Assembly (NCBI GenBank): GCA_963814585.1
Contig: CAWFDF010000011.1
Coordinates: forward strand, 32,001-96,000
From: an uncultured delta proteobacterium
GTDB taxonomy: Bacteria > Myxococcota > Myxococcia > Myxococcales > Anaeromyxobacteraceae
Direction of reading: 5' to 3'
Length of the DNA: 64,000 bases
Shown here: positions 47,401 through 58,900 of the stretch, piece by piece
How positions within the stretch are numbered: position 1 is the stretch's first letter
Layout: the number at the start of each line of letters is the position of its first letter
The notes under the pieces: generated by a model
Told to the model about the DNA's origin: nothing
What the model saw: only the letters and a program-made list of their open reading frames with translations
The model's database searches: none
Translations under genes and position numbers: made by a program

Positions 47401-47576
47401 AGGCCCAGCAGGGGCTCCTGGCCGGCCAGGACACCGCCGAGCACGTGGCGCTGGAGGCGGCCGACCTCGTCTACCACCTGTTCGTGGTGCTGGCCTCGGC
47501 GGGGGTCACCCCCGGGCAGGTCTACGAGGTGCTGGAGCGCCGCCACGGGCCGGGCCAGCCGCCCCGAAGTCCTTGA
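47250..47576 (+). CDS. hisE: Phosphoribosyl-ATP diphosphatase
   Basis: SYT…KVIEEAYEV…[12 protein letters not shown] upstream of ATG 47250. Confidence 0.9.
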   Translation: MADERFLATLWKTIEARRDDPAAFESYTRKLLAAPAKARRKVIEEAYEVVEAQQGLLAGQDTAEHVALEAADLVYHLFVVLASAGVTPGQVYEVLERRHGPGQPPRSP

Positions 47577-47601
47577 CAAGTTGGCGAATTCTTTCTAAGT
47601 C
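47573..47601 (+). promoter_or_regulatory. Sigma70-type promoter of the rpsU operon
   Basis: TTGACA-17 bp-TAAGTC in an AT-rich patch. Confidence 0.65.
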
Positions 47602-47702
47602 CCCCGTTCCAACCGTGCGCTTGAGCCGGGTGCCCCAGGGCATCCGGCTTTGCGCTTTCGTGAGCCCCTCACGAAGCCAATCCGAAAGGTCCGAGGCGAA
47701 GA

Positions 47703-47897
47703 ATGACCGGAGTGCGTGTCAAGGAAGGCGAGTCCTTCGAGAACGCGATGAAGCGCTTCAAGAAGCAGTGCGAGAAGGCCGGCATCCTCTCGGAGATCCG
47801 CAAGCGCGAGCACTACGAGAAGCCGAGCGTGAAGCGCAAGAAGAAGGCGCTGGCCGCCAAGAAGCGCGCCATGAAGAAGTCGCGGAAGTCCTACTAG
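47703..47897 (+). CDS. rpsU: 30S ribosomal protein S21
   Basis: [12 protein letters not shown]…KREHYEKPS. Confidence 0.97.
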   Translation: MTGVRVKEGESFENAMKRFKKQCEKAGILSEIRKREHYEKPSVKRKKKALAAKKRAMKKSRKSY

Positions 47898-47929
47898 GCC
47901 GCGCGCCGCCGCACCACCCGGGCCCACCC

Positions 47930-48379
47930 ATGGCGCTCAAGGATCAGCTCGACTCGGACCTGAAGGCGTCGATGCGCGAGAAGGACGCGGTGAGGCTCTC
48001 CGTGGTCCGGATGCTCAAGAGCGCCATCAAGTACCGCGAGATCGAGGCCATGAAGCCGCTCGACGAGCCCGGGGTGCTGCAGGTGGTCTCGGGCGAGATC
48101 AAGCGGCACAAGGACTCCATCGAGCAGTACCGGGCCGGGAACCGGCCGGAGCTGGTGGAGCAGGAGGAGGCCGAGCTGGCCATCCTCCTCCGCTACCTGC
48201 CGGCGCAGCTCGGCGAGGCGGAGCTGAAGTCGCTGGTCGAGGCGGCGGTGGTGAAGACCGGCGCGGCCGGCCCGCGCGACATGGGGACGGTGATGAAGGC
48301 GCTCCTGCCGGACGTGCAGGGCAAGGCCGATGGCAAGCTGGTCTCCGAGCTGGTGAAGGCTCGCCTCTCGGGGAAGTGA
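47930..48379 (+). CDS. GatB/YqeY domain protein
   Basis: MALKDQLDSDLKASM…DMGTVMK…GKADGK; conserved position after rpsU. Confidence 0.92.
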   Translation: MALKDQLDSDLKASMREKDAVRLSVVRMLKSAIKYREIEAMKPLDEPGVLQVVSGEIKRHKDSIEQYRAGNRPELVEQEEAELAILLRYLPAQLGEAELKSLVEAAVVKTGAAGPRDMGTVMKALLPDVQGKADGKLVSELVKARLSGK

Positions 48380-48394
48380 CCGGGAGGGGAACAC

Positions 48395-50278
48395 CTGATC
48401 CCCGACGAGGTCATCGAGGAGATCAAGGCCCGCGTGGACGTGGTGGCGCTGATCGGCCGCCACGTCGAGCTGAAGCGGGCTGGCCGGACGTGGCGGGGCT
48501 GCTGTCCCTTCCACGGGGAGCGGACGCCGAGCTTCCACGTCTACACCGAGGACAAGCACTACAAGTGCTACGGGTGCGGCGAGTACGGCAACGTCTTCAC
48601 GTTCCTGCAGAAGCTGCAGGGCAAGGAGTTTCCCGAGGTGGTGCGCGAGCTGGCCGCCGAGGTGGGGATCGAGATCCCCGAGGCCGACGCGCAGGAGACG
48701 GCCGAGGCGCAGCGCCGCCGCAAGGAGCGGAACGAGCTCCAGGCCGCCTGCGACGCGGCGGCCCGCTACTGGGCGGCGCGGCTGGCCAGCAGCTGGGGCC
48801 AGCCGGCGCGGGCCTACCTGGCGTCGCGAGGCGTGGCCGAGGAGCAGGCCAGGGCGTTCCGCCTGGGGGTGGCGGCGCCGGGCTGGGACGACCTGCTGCC
48901 GCGGTTGAAGGAGAAGGGGATCGGTGAGGCGGCGGTGAGGAAGGCCGGGTTGCTGGTCGAGAAGGAGGACGGCCGGAGCTACGACCGCTTCCGGGGACGG
49001 CTGATGTTCCCAATCTCCGGGCTCGACGGGCAGGTGATCGGGTTCGGGGCGAGGGCCATGGGCGAGGAGAAGGGTGCCAAGTACATCAACACCCCGGAGA
49101 CCCCGCTCTACAAGAAGAGCCGGGTGCTCTACGGGCTGGACCTGGCGCGCGAGGCGATCCGGAAGACCCGGACCGCGGTGCTGGTGGAGGGCTACTTCGA
49201 CGTGATCGGATTGCACCAGGCGGGCGTGAAGAACGCCGTGGCGGTCTGCGGCACGGCGCTGACGCCGGAGCACGTGGAGCTGCTGAAGCGCTGCGACTGC
49301 CGCGAGGTCACCGTCCTGTTCGACGGCGACCTGGCCGGCCTGGCCGCGCCCGGCAAGGCCGCGGCCGCGCTCTTCCCCTCCGGGCTGGCCGGCAAGGTGG
49401 CCCTGCTCCCGGCCGGTGAGGCCAAGCTGGACCCCGACGACTTCGCCCGCGCCCACGGCAAGGCCGGGGTCGACGCCCTGCTGGCCGCCGCCCTGCCGCT
49501 CTCGCAGTTCCTCATCGATCGGGCCGTGGAGAAGACCTGCGGCGCCGAGCCGAGGACGGCGGCGCTGGAGGCCAAGCTGGCCGCGGTGGCCGAGCTGGCG
49601 CCGCTCACCAGGCTGGCGCCCGAGGGGCTGGCGCGCGGCGTCTTCGAGGAGGCGGTGGCCCGGAAGCTCGATCTCGATCTCGAGGCGCTGCGGCGGGAGC
49701 TGGCCGGGGCGCGGCCGGCGCGGGCCGAGGAGCCGCCGGCCGAGGCCGATCGACCCCCGGAGCAGATCGCCTGGCGGCGTGACCGCCGGCCGGGCCAGGC
49801 CTCCCCGGGTCCTGTGGCCTCCCAGCGGGTCCAGGCGGTGCTGCCCGGGCCGGCCGTGGATGCGCTCAGCCTGCTCATCGCCTACGGGGACCTGGCCCCG
49901 GCGGCCGCCGAGGAGAACCTCCCGGCGCTGCTGCCGGCCGGACCGCTGGCCGAGCTGGCCCGGGACCTGATCCGGGGGCCGATGACGCGGGAGGCGGCGC
50001 TGGCCCGGCTGGCCGAGGCCGCCGAGCCGCTGCGCCGGCGGGTCGAGGCCTTGACCGGCCCGGGGGGCGTGGAGCGTGGCGTGGCCGAGCCGCTGCTGCG
50101 GCGCGCCGCCATCAAGGCCGCCATCGCGGTGGTGGTGGCCCGCCAGGAGCAGTGCAACGCCCGCATCGCCAGGGGTGGCTCGCCGGTCGCCGAGGACCTT
50201 CGCGTCGAGGCCGAGGTGGCGATGCGGCGCCGGGCCGAGCTGGAGAGGCGGTTGCGGGGGCTGGAGAGCGGCGGCTGA
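48395..50278 (+). CDS. dnaG: DNA primase (probable CTG start at 48395)
   Basis: CPFH…CYGC Zn finger, DRFRGRLMFP, KYINTPET, VEGYFDV, FDGD TOPRIM. Confidence 0.95.
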   Translation: MIPDEVIEEIKARVDVVALIGRHVELKRAGRTWRGCCPFHGERTPSFHVYTEDKHYKCYGCGEYGNVFTFLQKLQGKEFPEVVRELAAEVGIEIPEADAQETAEAQRRRKERNELQAACDAAARYWAARLASSWGQPARAYLASRGVAEEQARAFRLGVAAPGWDDLLPRLKEKGIGEAAVRKAGLLVEKEDGRSYDRFRGRLMFPISGLDGQVIGFGARAMGEEKGAKYINTPETPLYKKSRVLYGLDLAREAIRKTRTAVLVEGYFDVIGLHQAGVKNAVAVCGTALTPEHVELLKRCDCREVTVLFDGDLAGLAAPGKAAAALFPSGLAGKVALLPAGEAKLDPDDFARAHGKAGVDALLAAALPLSQFLIDRAVEKTCGAEPRTAALEAKLAAVAELAPLTRLAPEGLARGVFEEAVARKLDLDLEALRRELAGARPARAEEPPAEADRPPEQIAWRRDRRPGQASPGPVASQRVQAVLPGPAVDALSLLIAYGDLAPAAAEENLPALLPAGPLAELARDLIRGPMTREAALARLAEAAEPLRRRVEALTGPGGVERGVAEPLLRRAAIKAAIAVVVARQEQCNARIARGGSPVAEDLRVEAEVAMRRRAELERRLRGLESGG

Positions 50279-50380
50279 CCGGGCCGGGACCCCACCGGCG
50301 CGAAGGATGACCGGGCCAGGTTCCAGGCCCGCGGTTAGTGATCACGGGAGCTGCACCGAAGTCCAAGGAGTCGAGAGATC

Positions 50381-52657
<2,277 letters not shown>

Positions 52658-52701
52658 TCGCCGAGGAAAGTGGTACGACCGACCTGCCAGGCGCGCGGCT
52701 C

Positions 52702-52773
52702 GGGCCCATAGCTCAACGGCAGAGCCATCGGCTCATAACCGACCCGATCCAGGTTCAAATCCTGGTGGGCCCA
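52702..52773 (+). tRNA. tRNA with CAT anticodon, probably tRNA-Ile2 (lysidine) rather than Met; CCA not encoded
   Basis: Acceptor GGGCCCA/TGGGCCC, anticodon loop CTCATAA, T-loop GGTTCAAATCC; position downstream of rpoD as for ileX. Confidence 0.9.
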
Positions 52774-52809
52774 CATCACCGAGTCACCGATCACGCGAGG
52801 AGAGACGCC

Positions 52810-53553
52810 TTGTCGTTGCGAGAGAAGTTGAGGGTGCTGGAGGAGCTGCAGCAGATCGACCTCGACGCCCACCAGGCGCGGATCGGGCTGGAGGCCATCC
52901 CGGCCGAGCGGGCCAAGGTGGAGGCCCGCGTCAAGGCGGCCCGCAAGGCCTACGACGACCAGAAGGCCAGGCTGGAGGCCAACGAGCGGGAGCGGCGCCA
53001 GGTCGACACGCTGCTGGGCATGGACCGCGACAAGGTGAAGAAGTGGGAAGGGCGGCTCGGCGAGATCAAGACGCCACGGGAGTACGCCGCCATGTCGCGC
53101 GAGATCGACATCGCCAGGAAGTCGAACGAGACCCAGAGCGAGCAGGCCAAGGTGCTGGCCGCCGCCGCCATCGAGATCAGGATCGCGCTCGAGGACGGCG
53201 GCGAGGCGCTGGCCGAGGTCGAGGACGCCGCCCAGGTCGCCACCGCCAGGCTGGACCAGGCCACCGCCGAGGCCGAGGCCACGCTGGCCGCGCTGGCGGC
53301 CCGCCGGGCCACCGCGGCGACGCTGGTCGACGCCGGCCTGCTCGCCAAGTACGAGAACATCCGCAAGCGCCGGGCCGGCGTGGCCGTGGCCGCGGTGGTC
53401 GGATCGACCTGCAAGGGCTGCCACCGCAACATCCCGCCCCAGCTCTCCATCGTCCTGCAGCGGGCCAACACCATCGAGACCTGCCCCAGCTGCCACCGGA
53501 TCATCTACTCGCACGACGCCGTCAACCCGCCGGCGCCGCCGCCCCCGGCCTAG
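52810..53553 (+). CDS. Coiled-coil plus C4 zinc-ribbon protein (DUF164-like)
   Basis: TTG start with SD; LQQID coiled coil; CKGC…CPSCHRI. Confidence 0.88.
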   Translation: MSLREKLRVLEELQQIDLDAHQARIGLEAIPAERAKVEARVKAARKAYDDQKARLEANERERRQVDTLLGMDRDKVKKWEGRLGEIKTPREYAAMSREIDIARKSNETQSEQAKVLAAAAIEIRIALEDGGEALAEVEDAAQVATARLDQATAEAEATLAALAARRATAATLVDAGLLAKYENIRKRRAGVAVAAVVGSTCKGCHRNIPPQLSIVLQRANTIETCPSCHRIIYSHDAVNPPAPPPPA

Positions 53554-53561
53554 CGGCGCCC

Positions 53562-54335
53562 ATGGCCAAGTCCGTCCTCGCCGACCTGCTGCGCTTCATC
53601 GCCGCCAACGAGGACCTGCCTCGCTCGCTGGCCCGCTATCCCGGCCACACCCGCGACACGCTGGGCAAGGTCCTCGACGCCGCCGCCGACCGCATCGAGG
53701 CGCTCGACGCCGACGCCCCGGCGCCGGCCGCCTCCGGCGCGGGGAAGGGGCTCAAGGTCCGCAAGGGCAGCGAGGTGGAGCGGGCCGCGGCCCGGGCCGC
53801 CGAGGAGCTGCAGGAGTCGATGGAGCTCTCCAAGGCCGAGCGGGAGGCGCGCCGCCGCGAGCGGGCCGCCGCCTCGGTCGAGGCCGAGCGGCAGGAGGTG
53901 GCGGCCGCCGAGCAGGCCGCCCCGGCCCGCCCGGCCCGCACCCGGCTCTACTGCGACGGCGCGGCGCGCGGCAACCCCGGCCCGGCCGGCGCCGGCGCGG
54001 TGATCGTCAACCCGGCCGGGCACATCGTGGCCAAGATCGGCAAGTTCCTCGGCGAGGAGACCAACAACGTCGCCGAGTACATGGGGCTGATCCTGGGGCT
54101 GAAGCGGGCCCGGGCCATGGGGATCAAGGAGCTCGAGGTGCTGGCCGATTCCGAGCTGGTGGTGAGGCAGCTGAGCGGCCAGTACGCCGTGAAGGCCGAG
54201 CACCTGCAGCCGCTCCACGCCGAGGCGGTGGCCCTGCTCAAGGGCTTCGACCAGATCGAGGTCCGCCACATCCCGCGCGAGGAGAACGGCCAGGCCGACG
54301 CCATGTCCAACCGGGCCATCGACGAGCGGTTGTAG
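53562..54335 (+). CDS. rnhA: Ribonuclease HI family protein with N-terminal extension
   Basis: YCDGAARGNPG, TNNVAEY, DSELVV, HIPREEN…AD. Confidence 0.9.
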   Translation: MAKSVLADLLRFIAANEDLPRSLARYPGHTRDTLGKVLDAAADRIEALDADAPAPAASGAGKGLKVRKGSEVERAAARAAEELQESMELSKAEREARRRERAAASVEAERQEVAAAEQAAPARPARTRLYCDGAARGNPGPAGAGAVIVNPAGHIVAKIGKFLGEETNNVAEYMGLILGLKRARAMGIKELEVLADSELVVRQLSGQYAVKAEHLQPLHAEAVALLKGFDQIEVRHIPREENGQADAMSNRAIDERL

Positions 54336-54346
54336 GACGGCGCGCC

Positions 54347-54940
54347 TCAGCGTCCCGCCGCCTCCAGCTCGTAGAACCGGAGGCCGGCCCGGCGGGCGGC
54401 CCAGAGCCCCGCCCCGACCTGCACGAAGTGGGGCGCGAGCCGGCGGCGGTACCAGGCCCCGGGGCGGGCGTGGATGGCGGTGTCGGTCCGATCCGGGTCG
54501 ACCACCTCGGCCAGGTCGCGGCGGGTGACGGCCTCGAGGTAGAGCAGGCCGCGGCACATGGCGCCGAGGTTGTCGACGGCGGCCCCCGCCGCCTCGCCGT
54601 CGAGGTACGGCAGCACCCCCTGGCAGACCACCAGGTCGTACCGCTCCCGCGAGCGCCAGCGGCCGATGTCGCGACGCTCGTGGCCGTAGCGGGCGCAGGC
54701 GAACGGAGAGACGTCGGTGGAGCGGTAGCGGACGGCGGGGCGGTGGCGCCGGAACCAGTCGCGCCAGAGCCCCGGGCCGGCGCCGACGTCGAGCACCGAG
54801 GCGAGCTCCACGCCCAGCCACCCGGCCAGCCCCACCACGCCGCTCGCCAGGCGTCCGACCTCCGCCGCGGAGTGGACCCGGGTCCCGGCCTGGTAGTGGC
54901 GCTGGTAGTAGTCGGCGTCGAAGCGGCGCGAGGCGGTCAT
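54347..54940 (-). CDS. Class I SAM-dependent methyltransferase
   Basis: VLDVGAGPG motif I; YDLVVCQGVLPY. Confidence 0.85.
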   Translation of the reverse strand: MTASRRFDADYYQRHYQAGTRVHSAAEVGRLASGVVGLAGWLGVELASVLDVGAGPGLWRDWFRRHRPAVRYRSTDVSPFACARYGHERRDIGRWRSRERYDLVVCQGVLPYLDGEAAGAAVDNLGAMCRGLLYLEAVTRRDLAEVVDPDRTDTAIHARPGAWYRRRLAPHFVQVGAGLWAARRAGLRFYELEAAGR

Positions 54941-54998
54941 GGGGCGGGGAGGAGACCACGCCGCGGCGTGCTCCGCAACGCCGCAGGGTCCATGGCCG

Positions 54999-55655
54999 TC
55001 AGCGGATGGCGCCGATGGTCCCGGCCACGGCGATGTAGTGGCAGATGGCGGCGGCGATCACCAGCACGTGGAAGACCTCGTGGTACCCGAAGACGCGCGG
55101 GCTGGGGTCGGGGAAGCGGGTGGCGTAGACCACCGCGCCCAGCGTGTAGGCGAGGCCGCCGGCGCCGAGCAGCCCGACCCCGCTCCAGCCGATGGCGGCC
55201 AGCATGGACGGGAAGGTCGGGACGATGGCCCAGCCCAGGGCCACGGTGAGCAGCGCCATGAGCCACTTGGGGGCCAGCGGCCAGAGCACGGAGAGGACCA
55301 TCCCCGCCAGCGCCCCGCTCCAGACCACCAGCAGCAGCGGGCGCCCGGTCTCCGGCGGCAGCAGCAGGCAGAACGGCGTGTAGGTGCCGGCGATGAGCAT
55401 GAAGATGGCGGCGTGGTCGAGCCGGCGCATGAGGAGCCGGGCGCGATCGCCCCAGCGCGGCCGGTGGTAGAGCGCCGAGATGGAGAACTGGGCGGTGAGC
55501 GCGACCCCGTAGACGGCGGCGGCGAGGGCGCTGCGCAGGCCGGTCGAGGCGTTGACGAGGGCGATCCCCCCGGCGACGGCGAAGGCGGCGGCGATCTCGT
55601 GCGACACGCCGCGGAGCAGCGGCTTCTGGCGGGGCGGGGAGGCGACCGTGGACAT
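54999..55655 (-). CDS. Hemolysin III/PAQR family membrane protein
   Basis: SALYH, RRLDHAAIF…AGTYTP, GYHEVFH. Confidence 0.92.
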   Translation of the reverse strand: MSTVASPPRQKPLLRGVSHEIAAAFAVAGGIALVNASTGLRSALAAAVYGVALTAQFSISALYHRPRWGDRARLLMRRLDHAAIFMLIAGTYTPFCLLLPPETGRPLLLVVWSGALAGMVLSVLWPLAPKWLMALLTVALGWAIVPTFPSMLAAIGWSGVGLLGAGGLAYTLGAVVYATRFPDPSPRVFGYHEVFHVLVIAAAICHYIAVAGTIGAIR

Positions 55656-55776
55656 GCCCCCATGCTCGCCCGGCTGCGTCATGGCGCGGTCACGGCGAGC
55701 GCGACCGCCCCGGCCCGGGTGGGGTGCCGCTCCGCGCACGCCGGGATCGATCGTCGCAGGGGGACGGGGCGCGGCA

Positions 55777-56346
55777 CTACAGCGCCGACTCGTGCTTCGA
55801 GGCGGTCTTGACCAGCTCGGCCCGATCTTCGGCCCGTTCGGCGGCCTGCTCGGCCTTCAGCTTCTTCATGCGGCGGCGGATGAGCTCCCGCTTCAGCGAG
55901 GAGAGGTGGTCGACGAAGACCTTGCCCTGCAGGTGATCGCACTCGTGCTGCACGGCGATCGACAGGAGCTCGGCGCACTCCAGCTCGAACGGCCGGCCGT
56001 CACGCCCCAGCGCCCGGACCCAGACCTTGTCGGCCCGCTCCACGTCCTCGGCCTCGCCGGGGATGGAGAGGCAGCCCTCGGTGTAGACGCGCGTGCCCTC
56101 GGCCTTGACGATCTCCGGGTTGACCAGGTGGAGCAGCTTCTGCCCCTCCTGCCGCGGCGAGACGTCGATGACGATGACCCGCTGCAGGACACCCACCTGC
56201 GGCGCGGCCAGGCCGACGCCGTCGGCGGCGTACATGGTCTCGGCCATGTCGTCGAGGAGGCGGCGGATGGAGTCGTCGACCCGCTCGACCGGCTGGGCGA
56301 TCTGCTTGAGGACGGGGTCGGGCCAGATGACGATGTCGCGGACCAT
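55777..56346 (-). CDS. def: Peptide deformylase
   Basis: GVGLAAPQ, EGCLS, QHECDHL. Confidence 0.97.
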   Translation of the reverse strand: MVRDIVIWPDPVLKQIAQPVERVDDSIRRLLDDMAETMYAADGVGLAAPQVGVLQRVIVIDVSPRQEGQKLLHLVNPEIVKAEGTRVYTEGCLSIPGEAEDVERADKVWVRALGRDGRPFELECAELLSIAVQHECDHLQGKVFVDHLSSLKRELIRRRMKKLKAEQAAERAEDRAELVKTASKHESAL

Positions 56347-56441
56347 GCGGAATCCCTCGGTCAGGGCGACCGGTGTTCTAACCCGGGCCGACCCCCGACG
56401 CACGAGATCCCGCCCAGGCGGATCCCGCCCGGCGGCGACGG

Positions 56442-58799
56442 TCAGTCGGAGAGGCCGCGCTGGTACTCCTCGCGCAGCAGCGGGTCGGCCAGGACCTCCC
56501 GGGCGTCGGCCACCACCCGGCGGATCTCCTCCAGCCGCGCCGGCAGCCCCTCCTCCTGGTGGCCGCCGAACCGCTCCGGCTGGAACTCGGCGGTGAGCCG
56601 CCCGGCGGCGGCCCGGACCTCGTGCGGCGTGGCCAGCCGGCCGAGGCCGAGGATGGTGAAGTAGTCGGCGCGCCGGACCTGCTCCAGCTTCTCCCTGACG
56701 CGGGCCAGGTCGATGCCGGCCGAGACCTGCGCGGCCGGCCGGCCGGCCTGCACCACCTTGACGCCGAGGGCGCCGACCAGCACCAGCGCCGAGAGCAGCT
56801 GCCGGGTCGAGAGGGCGTCGAGCGGGCTGGCGGCCAGCACCTCGTCGAGCGTGCGCAGGCCGTCGGCGCGGGCCAGGGCGCGCCGCTCCTCCGGCAGGAG
56901 CCCCAGCTCCTCGTCGGTGGGGCCGCCCTGGACCGGCGTCACCAGCGTCCCCGGGCCGCCGAGGATGGCCTCGGTGCGGGGCGCCAGCCAGCGGCGTCGG
57001 ACGCCCTCGACCGCCAGCGCCAGCGGCGGACGATCGAGCGCGATCCGCTCGTCGGCCGGGACCGGATCGGCGACCCATCGGTAGCGGGCGTTGGCTTCGG
57101 CGAACATGCCGTAGACCACCTCCTCGGTCCGGGCCCGCACCAGGCCGGTCAGCTCGCCGGGCTTCAGGTAGCCGCGGTCGACCAGCAGGACCGCGGCCCG
57201 CCGGGAGGCCAGGCCGGCGACGGCCCCGGCCGCCTGCCGGTGCTGGTCCCGGGTGAGCAGCCCGAGCCGCAGCGCCACCTCGTCGAGCCGCTCGCCGGCG
57301 GCGTTGCTGGTGGCGCCGACCACGCGGCCGTCCTCGAACCAGAGCGAGCGGGCGGCGTCGCCCGCCACGTCGAGCCGGCCGGCGGCGCGGGCCTTCCAGG
57401 CCACCGCCAGCAGGCGCGCCATGGGGAGATCGTCGAGGTGCCCGCCACGCAGCTCGGCGGGCGGGGGCTCGAGGGCGGCGCGGCCCCAGGTCGGCTCGGC
57501 GGCCGGCTCCGCCGCCGGAGGCGTCGCCTCGGTCGGGGCGCGGCGGGAGAGGGCGCGCCGGCGTGCCGACGCCTGCGCCGGATCGACCGGGGGGACGTCG
57601 GCGAAGAAGGGCGCCGGTGCCCCGGCGGCGGCCGGTGCCGGCGGCTCGCGCTCGTCGTCGGCACGCGCCAGGGCCGCCTCGGCGGCGGCGCGGCGGGCCG
57701 CCTCGGCCTCGGCGCGGGTCCGCAACTCCTCGAGCACGGTGCTGGCGCGAGCTTCGGCCTCGGCGGCGGCCCGGCTGGCGGCGGCCTGGAGCTCGGCCTG
57801 CCGGGTCGCCTCGGCGTGGCCGGCCTGCCGCTCCAGCGCGGCCTGCTCGTGGGCGGTGGCCCGCTCGATGACGGTGTGCAGCTCCTCGTCGTGCCGGCGC
57901 CGGTCGGCCTCGAGCTGCTCGCGGAGTCGCTGCAGGTCCTCCTCCAGCGTCCGGCGCGCAGCCATCTCCTCGGCGTGGATGCGCTCCCAGTCGGGCGTGG
58001 GCACCAGCGGGGCGGCCGGGGGCGGGTCGAGGGGCTGCGGAACGGGCTGCGGTGGAGGCGACGCAGGCGGTGGCCCGGGCGGTGGCGCGGCCGGGGGCTC
58101 CAGGTCGAGGTCGAGGTCGGGCACCACGGGGAGGTCGAACAGCAATCCGGCCCCCTGCGTCTCGACGGCAGGCGCTCCGGCGGGCGGCGGCGGAGTCCCA
58201 CCCGCGCCGCCGGGCGGCTCCAGCTCGAAGAGGGCGTCGAGCCCCGCGGCGGCCTCGGCCGGGGCGGGCGGTGACGGGCTCGCGCCGCCGGCGCTGTCCG
58301 GCGCCCGCGATCCGCCGCGCAGCTCGCGGGCCCGGGCCAGGAGCGCATCGGCGGCCGCCTTCCGGGCCCGGGCCGGATCGCTCGGGCCGCTCCGCCGCTC
58401 CATGGAGCCGGGGAGCGCCGGGGACGAGACCCGCCGCTCGAAGTGGCGCGGGGCCGGGGGGCCGGAGAGCGTGCTCTTGACGTGCTCGGCCAGGCTGGCC
58501 GGATCGAACGGGCGCGGCAGCTGCACCGCCCGCTCCGGCGCGCCGGGGGCCTCGCCGAGGATGATGATGGGGATGCCTCGCGTCGCCTCGTCGTCGTCGA
58601 GCAGCCGCAGCGAGGCGAGCGCCTGGCCGCCCTCGCAGGTGGCGCCGACCAGGAGCAGGTCGGGGCGCGCCTGGCCGATGGAGGCGAGCGCATCAGACCC
58701 GTTGGTGGCGAGCAACGGCGCGTGGCCCGAGCGCGAAAGCACCCGCTTGACCGCGGAGATCTCGGAGATGTCGTCGTCGACGAGGAGGAGGCGTGCCAC
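56442..58799 (-). CDS. Pseudo-receiver / Pro-rich and coiled-coil linker / DUF4388-like / degenerate J-domain protein
   Basis: LLLVDDD…PDLLLVG N-terminus; LWFEDGRVVGA DUF4388-like segment; C-terminal DYFTILGL…FQPERF. Confidence 0.7.
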   Translation of the reverse strand: MARLLLVDDDISEISAVKRVLSRSGHAPLLATNGSDALASIGQARPDLLLVGATCEGGQALASLRLLDDDEATRGIPIIILGEAPGAPERAVQLPRPFDPASLAEHVKSTLSGPPAPRHFERRVSSPALPGSMERRSGPSDPARARKAAADALLARARELRGGSRAPDSAGGASPSPPAPAEAAAGLDALFELEPPGGAGGTPPPPAGAPAVETQGAGLLFDLPVVPDLDLDLEPPAAPPPGPPPASPPPQPVPQPLDPPPAAPLVPTPDWERIHAEEMAARRTLEEDLQRLREQLEADRRRHDEELHTVIERATAHEQAALERQAGHAEATRQAELQAAASRAAAEAEARASTVLEELRTRAEAEAARRAAAEAALARADDEREPPAPAAAGAPAPFFADVPPVDPAQASARRRALSRRAPTEATPPAAEPAAEPTWGRAALEPPPAELRGGHLDDLPMARLLAVAWKARAAGRLDVAGDAARSLWFEDGRVVGATSNAAGERLDEVALRLGLLTRDQHRQAAGAVAGLASRRAAVLLVDRGYLKPGELTGLVRARTEEVVYGMFAEANARYRWVADPVPADERIALDRPPLALAVEGVRRRWLAPRTEAILGGPGTLVTPVQGGPTDEELGLLPEERRALARADGLRTLDEVLAASPLDALSTRQLLSALVLVGALGVKVVQAGRPAAQVSAGIDLARVREKLEQVRRADYFTILGLGRLATPHEVRAAAGRLTAEFQPERFGGHQEEGLPARLEEIRRVVADAREVLADPLLREEYQRGLSD

Positions 58800-58900
58800 G
58801 CTCGGTGGATGATGGATCGGCCCCGATGGGGGGGCAAGCTCACGCACCGGCGGTTCGCCGAGGCGGCCCGCGGCAGGCGCGCCGCCGATATCGGCACGCG

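Noticed and set aside
52702..52810. tRNA as an integration site for an island or prophage
   Set aside because: No integrase and no duplicated tRNA 3' end; housekeeping genes continue directly.
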